A stretch of DNA of 64,000 bases from an uncultured cyanobacterium (GTDB taxonomy: Bacteria; Cyanobacteriota; Cyanobacteriia; Cyanobacteriales; CAWCAG01): contig CAWDOD010000011.1 of NCBI GenBank assembly GCA_963803805.1, positions 192,001 through 256,000 on the forward strand. Direction: 5' to 3'. Shown in pieces: positions 61,366 to 64,000 of the stretch. A model generated the notes under the pieces. The model had not been told where the DNA came from. It saw nothing but the letters and a program-made list of their open reading frames with translations, and ran no database searches. The position numbers and the translations under genes are program-made. Position 1 is the first letter of the stretch; the number at the start of each line of letters is the position of its first letter.

Positions 61366-63762
61366 ATGAGTGGAAATAAAAGACGAGGCGGTTATCTGGC
61401 GACGGCAGAAGGAGTAAAAAAACTTAAAGAAGCAAAGGGTATTAAGAAATATAGTTATCAACAAATTGCAGAGGAAGCGAGGGAGACAGAAGATAAAGTT
61501 AAACGCTTGTTTAATCCTCAATGGGGCGATGGTAAATATAAAGTTGGTGAAGAAGCTGTAGAAGCTATTTGCAATGTATTAGATTTAAAGCCAGAAGAAG
61601 TTGTTAGTGATTGGTATTCATTGGCTCTTATTCAAGAGAAAGAAAAGTTAGTTACCTCGACTCAAATCAAAAATCACGATCCTTCTTATTATCAGGCACT
61701 TAGAAAAATCAGACAAGCTGTTATAGATGAAGTAAAAAGACTAGATCTTTCTATAATGGAATTAACAGAATTACCATCAGAAATTGGACAATTGTCTAAT
61801 CTGACAGAACTTTACCTCAACAATAATTTCCTGAGCAGTCTGCCCCCAGAAATCGGACAACTGGCTAATCTTACAGTACTCTACCTCGGTTCTAATTCCC
61901 TAAGTAATCTGCCCCCAGAAATCGGACAACTAGCTAATCTTAGTAAACTTTACCTCAACTATAATTCCCTAAGCAACCTGCCTCCACAAATCGGACAACT
62001 AGCTAATCTTACAGGGCTTTACCTCAACTATAATTCCCTAAGTAATCTGCCCCCAGAAATCGGACAACTAGCTAATCTGACAGGACTTTACCTCGGTTCT
62101 AATTCCCTAAGTAACCTGCCTCCAGAAATCGGACAACTAGCTAACCTGGCAGTACTCTACCTCAGTTCTAATTCCCTAAACAGTCTGCCTCTAGAAATCG
62201 GACAACTAGATAATCTTAGTACACTTTACCTCGACAATAATTCCCTAAGCAATTTACCCCCAGAAATTATAGCAAAGCAAAACGAACCAGCTATCATAAT
62301 TGATTACTATTTATCTCTGCAACAAAGTAAGCAACAAAAACCGCTCCACGAAGCAAAAATGTTACTGGTTGGGCAGGGAAATGTAGGAAAAACTTGTCTT
62401 AGAGAAAGGTTAATTAGAAATAAATACGATCCGACTCGTAATAAAACTGATGGTATTGATATCGAACCTTGGGAAATAGAAGTAGACGATAAACAATTAC
62501 AAGTAAATATTTGGGACTTCGGTGGACAAGAAATTATGCACTCTACCCACCAATTTTTCTTAACTAAACGCAGTCTTTATATCTTAGTAGTTGATACGAC
62601 TATAGGAGAAGAAGAAAATCGCATTGAATATTGGCTTAAAATAATTAAAAGTTTTGGTAAAAACTCCCCGGTAATTATTGTCGGTAACAAAGCAGATCAA
62701 CATCCTTTAGATATTGATAAAACTGGTTTAAAGAAAAAGTATCCCCAAATTTTAGATTTTAAAGAAATCTCCTGTGAAACAGGAATGGGTATTTCCGATT
62801 TAGCTCAATTTGTCAAGCAGGAAATTAATCAATTAGAACATATTGACGATTTGTTACCTTTGCCTTGGTTTAACATCAAAGAAAAGCTAGAAGAACTTGA
62901 TAAAGACTATATTCCCTACGAACAATATGAGTCTTTGTGTGAACAAGAAGGAATTGAAAAAGAAACTAAACAACGCATCTTAATTGGGCTGTTAAACGAT
63001 TTAGGTGTTGTCCTCAATTTTCAAGATGACCCTAGGTTAGAAGATACCCACGTACTTAACCCTGAATGGGTAACAAATGGAGTTTATAAAATACTCAACG
63101 ATCGTAATTTAATTGTTGATAATCGCGGCATTTTAACCATTCCTACTCTACAAAGAATCCTCAATCAACCTCGCTACCCAGCCAGAAAGCATTTATTTCT
63201 TATTGGCATGATGCGAAAGTTTGAACTTTGTTTTGATATTGAAACAGATCAACAATTTCTCCTGCCTGATATTTTACCCAAAGAAGAACCTTATACAGGA
63301 GAATGGGAAAACACCCTTGCTTTTGAATATCATTACCCCGTTTTACCTGGTAGCATTATCTCTCGCTTTATTATTCGTATGAATCACTATATTCATCAAA
63401 CAACCTATTGGCGTAGTGGGGTAGTTTTAGCAAATGAAGGTAATTTGGCATTAGTTAAAGCAGACAGGGAAGATAAAATCATTAAAATTCGTGTTAGTGG
63501 CAAAGCTAATACGAGACGCAATCTTTTAACAGCAATTCGTTCCCAATTTGACTATATTCACAAAACTATTCCTGGTATTGTGCCAGTAGAAAAAGTCCCT
63601 TTAATGGAACATCCAGAAATCATTTTAGACTATCAAGAATTGTTAGGTTTAGAAGCGATGGGAGAAACAACTGTAGCCATTGGTAAACTTAAACAACGCA
63701 TTCCTTTGAGGCAATTACTCAATGGTATAGAATCTTTAGGCGATCGCCAAGCCCCAAAATAA
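61366..63762 (+). CDS. HTH-LRR-Roc-COR (Roco family) protein
   Basis: N-terminal XRE-like HTH (SYQQIAEEA...VKRLF...ICNVLDL), about 8 LRRs, Roc motifs GQGNVGKT/TDGIDI/WDFGGQ/GNKAD and COR motif LNPEWVTNGVY. Confidence 0.9.
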   Translation: MSGNKRRGGYLATAEGVKKLKEAKGIKKYSYQQIAEEARETEDKVKRLFNPQWGDGKYKVGEEAVEAICNVLDLKPEEVVSDWYSLALIQEKEKLVTSTQIKNHDPSYYQALRKIRQAVIDEVKRLDLSIMELTELPSEIGQLSNLTELYLNNNFLSSLPPEIGQLANLTVLYLGSNSLSNLPPEIGQLANLSKLYLNYNSLSNLPPQIGQLANLTGLYLNYNSLSNLPPEIGQLANLTGLYLGSNSLSNLPPEIGQLANLAVLYLSSNSLNSLPLEIGQLDNLSTLYLDNNSLSNLPPEIIAKQNEPAIIIDYYLSLQQSKQQKPLHEAKMLLVGQGNVGKTCLRERLIRNKYDPTRNKTDGIDIEPWEIEVDDKQLQVNIWDFGGQEIMHSTHQFFLTKRSLYILVVDTTIGEEENRIEYWLKIIKSFGKNSPVIIVGNKADQHPLDIDKTGLKKKYPQILDFKEISCETGMGISDLAQFVKQEINQLEHIDDLLPLPWFNIKEKLEELDKDYIPYEQYESLCEQEGIEKETKQRILIGLLNDLGVVLNFQDDPRLEDTHVLNPEWVTNGVYKILNDRNLIVDNRGILTIPTLQRILNQPRYPARKHLFLIGMMRKFELCFDIETDQQFLLPDILPKEEPYTGEWENTLAFEYHYPVLPGSIISRFIIRMNHYIHQTTYWRSGVVLANEGNLALVKADREDKIIKIRVSGKANTRRNLLTAIRSQFDYIHKTIPGIVPVEKVPLMEHPEIILDYQELLGLEAMGETTVAIGKLKQRIPLRQLLNGIESLGDRQAPK
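61770..62270 (+). repeat. 69-bp intragenic tandem repeats encoding 23-aa LRRs
   Basis: A unit close to CCAGAAATCGGACAACTAGCTAATCT recurs every 69 bp, about 7 times. Confidence 0.92.
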
Positions 63763-63857
63763 TTGGTTTTAAGTTATGCAACTCAATATCAAATTGATTT
63801 GAATGATATTTTCTCAAGTAAATTTATAATAATTAAAAGAGATTCAACTAAAAAAAG

Positions 63858-64000
63858 ATGGAAGCGATCGCTATTCCCAAAGGATTCAAAGTAACTACAG
63901 AACAATTCGACCAATTAGCATTCACCGAACAACTGGCACGAATGGAGTTAACCAAAAATGGAGAATTAATTATTATGAGTCCCACTGGTGGAGAAGCTGG
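63858..64000 (+). CDS. Uma2 family endonuclease, partial (runs off the window)
   Basis: MEAIAIPKGFKVTTEQFDQLAFTEQLARMELTKNGELIIMSPTGGEAG is a typical Uma2 N-terminus. Confidence 0.8.
   Translation, partial: MEAIAIPKGFKVTTEQFDQLAFTEQLARMELTKNGELIIMSPTGGEA

Larger units (their letters stand above)
1..64000. repeat. HIP1 octamer GCGATCGC dispersed throughout the window
   Basis: About 40 copies by eye (e.g. near 3244, 8632, 15789, 28278, 45951, 63740), far above chance for an AT-rich sequence. Confidence 0.93.

Noticed and set aside
61136-61369. 77-aa ORF upstream of the Roco gene
   Set aside because: No recognisable features; it spans the repeat-containing presumed promoter region.
61770-62270. 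CRISPR-like array (69-bp periodicity)
   Set aside because: These are in-frame LRR coding repeats with no unique spacers, and no cas genes are present.

Overview
A 64-kb chromosomal window from an AT-rich cyanobacterium. The assignment rests on dense HIP1 octamers (GCGATCGC, roughly 40 counted by eye), heptamer STRR repeats, and typical cyanobacterial genes (nhaS1, nhaS3, ctaA, pucC, Tic20/Ycf60, TIGR03279, Uma2 family). The backbone is housekeeping: dnaA, def, gltX, argH, pepA, moaC, eda, tatA and tRNA-Arg(ACG). Accessory material includes an intact IS982-family element with a 6-bp target duplication and a tandem Uma2 duplication with a hypervariable patch. It also includes a STAND-like ATPase-TPR gene apparently broken by an internal deletion, a relic ATPase/PIN pair and an excisionase-HTH/PIN pair. 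The two leading candidates for an uncharacterised system are a protease/7TM-transglutaminase/ATP-grasp peptide-ligase operon with an extra small gene, and an HTH-LRR-Roc-COR gene facing a small membrane peptide and an ankyrin protein across a repeat-containing spacer. Very small double-hairpin mobile repeats are present, one inserted in frame into a HIP1 site inside dnaA. Three DnaA boxes sit downstream of dnaA with no dnaN nearby. Family assignments come from motif recognition only; no searches were run.
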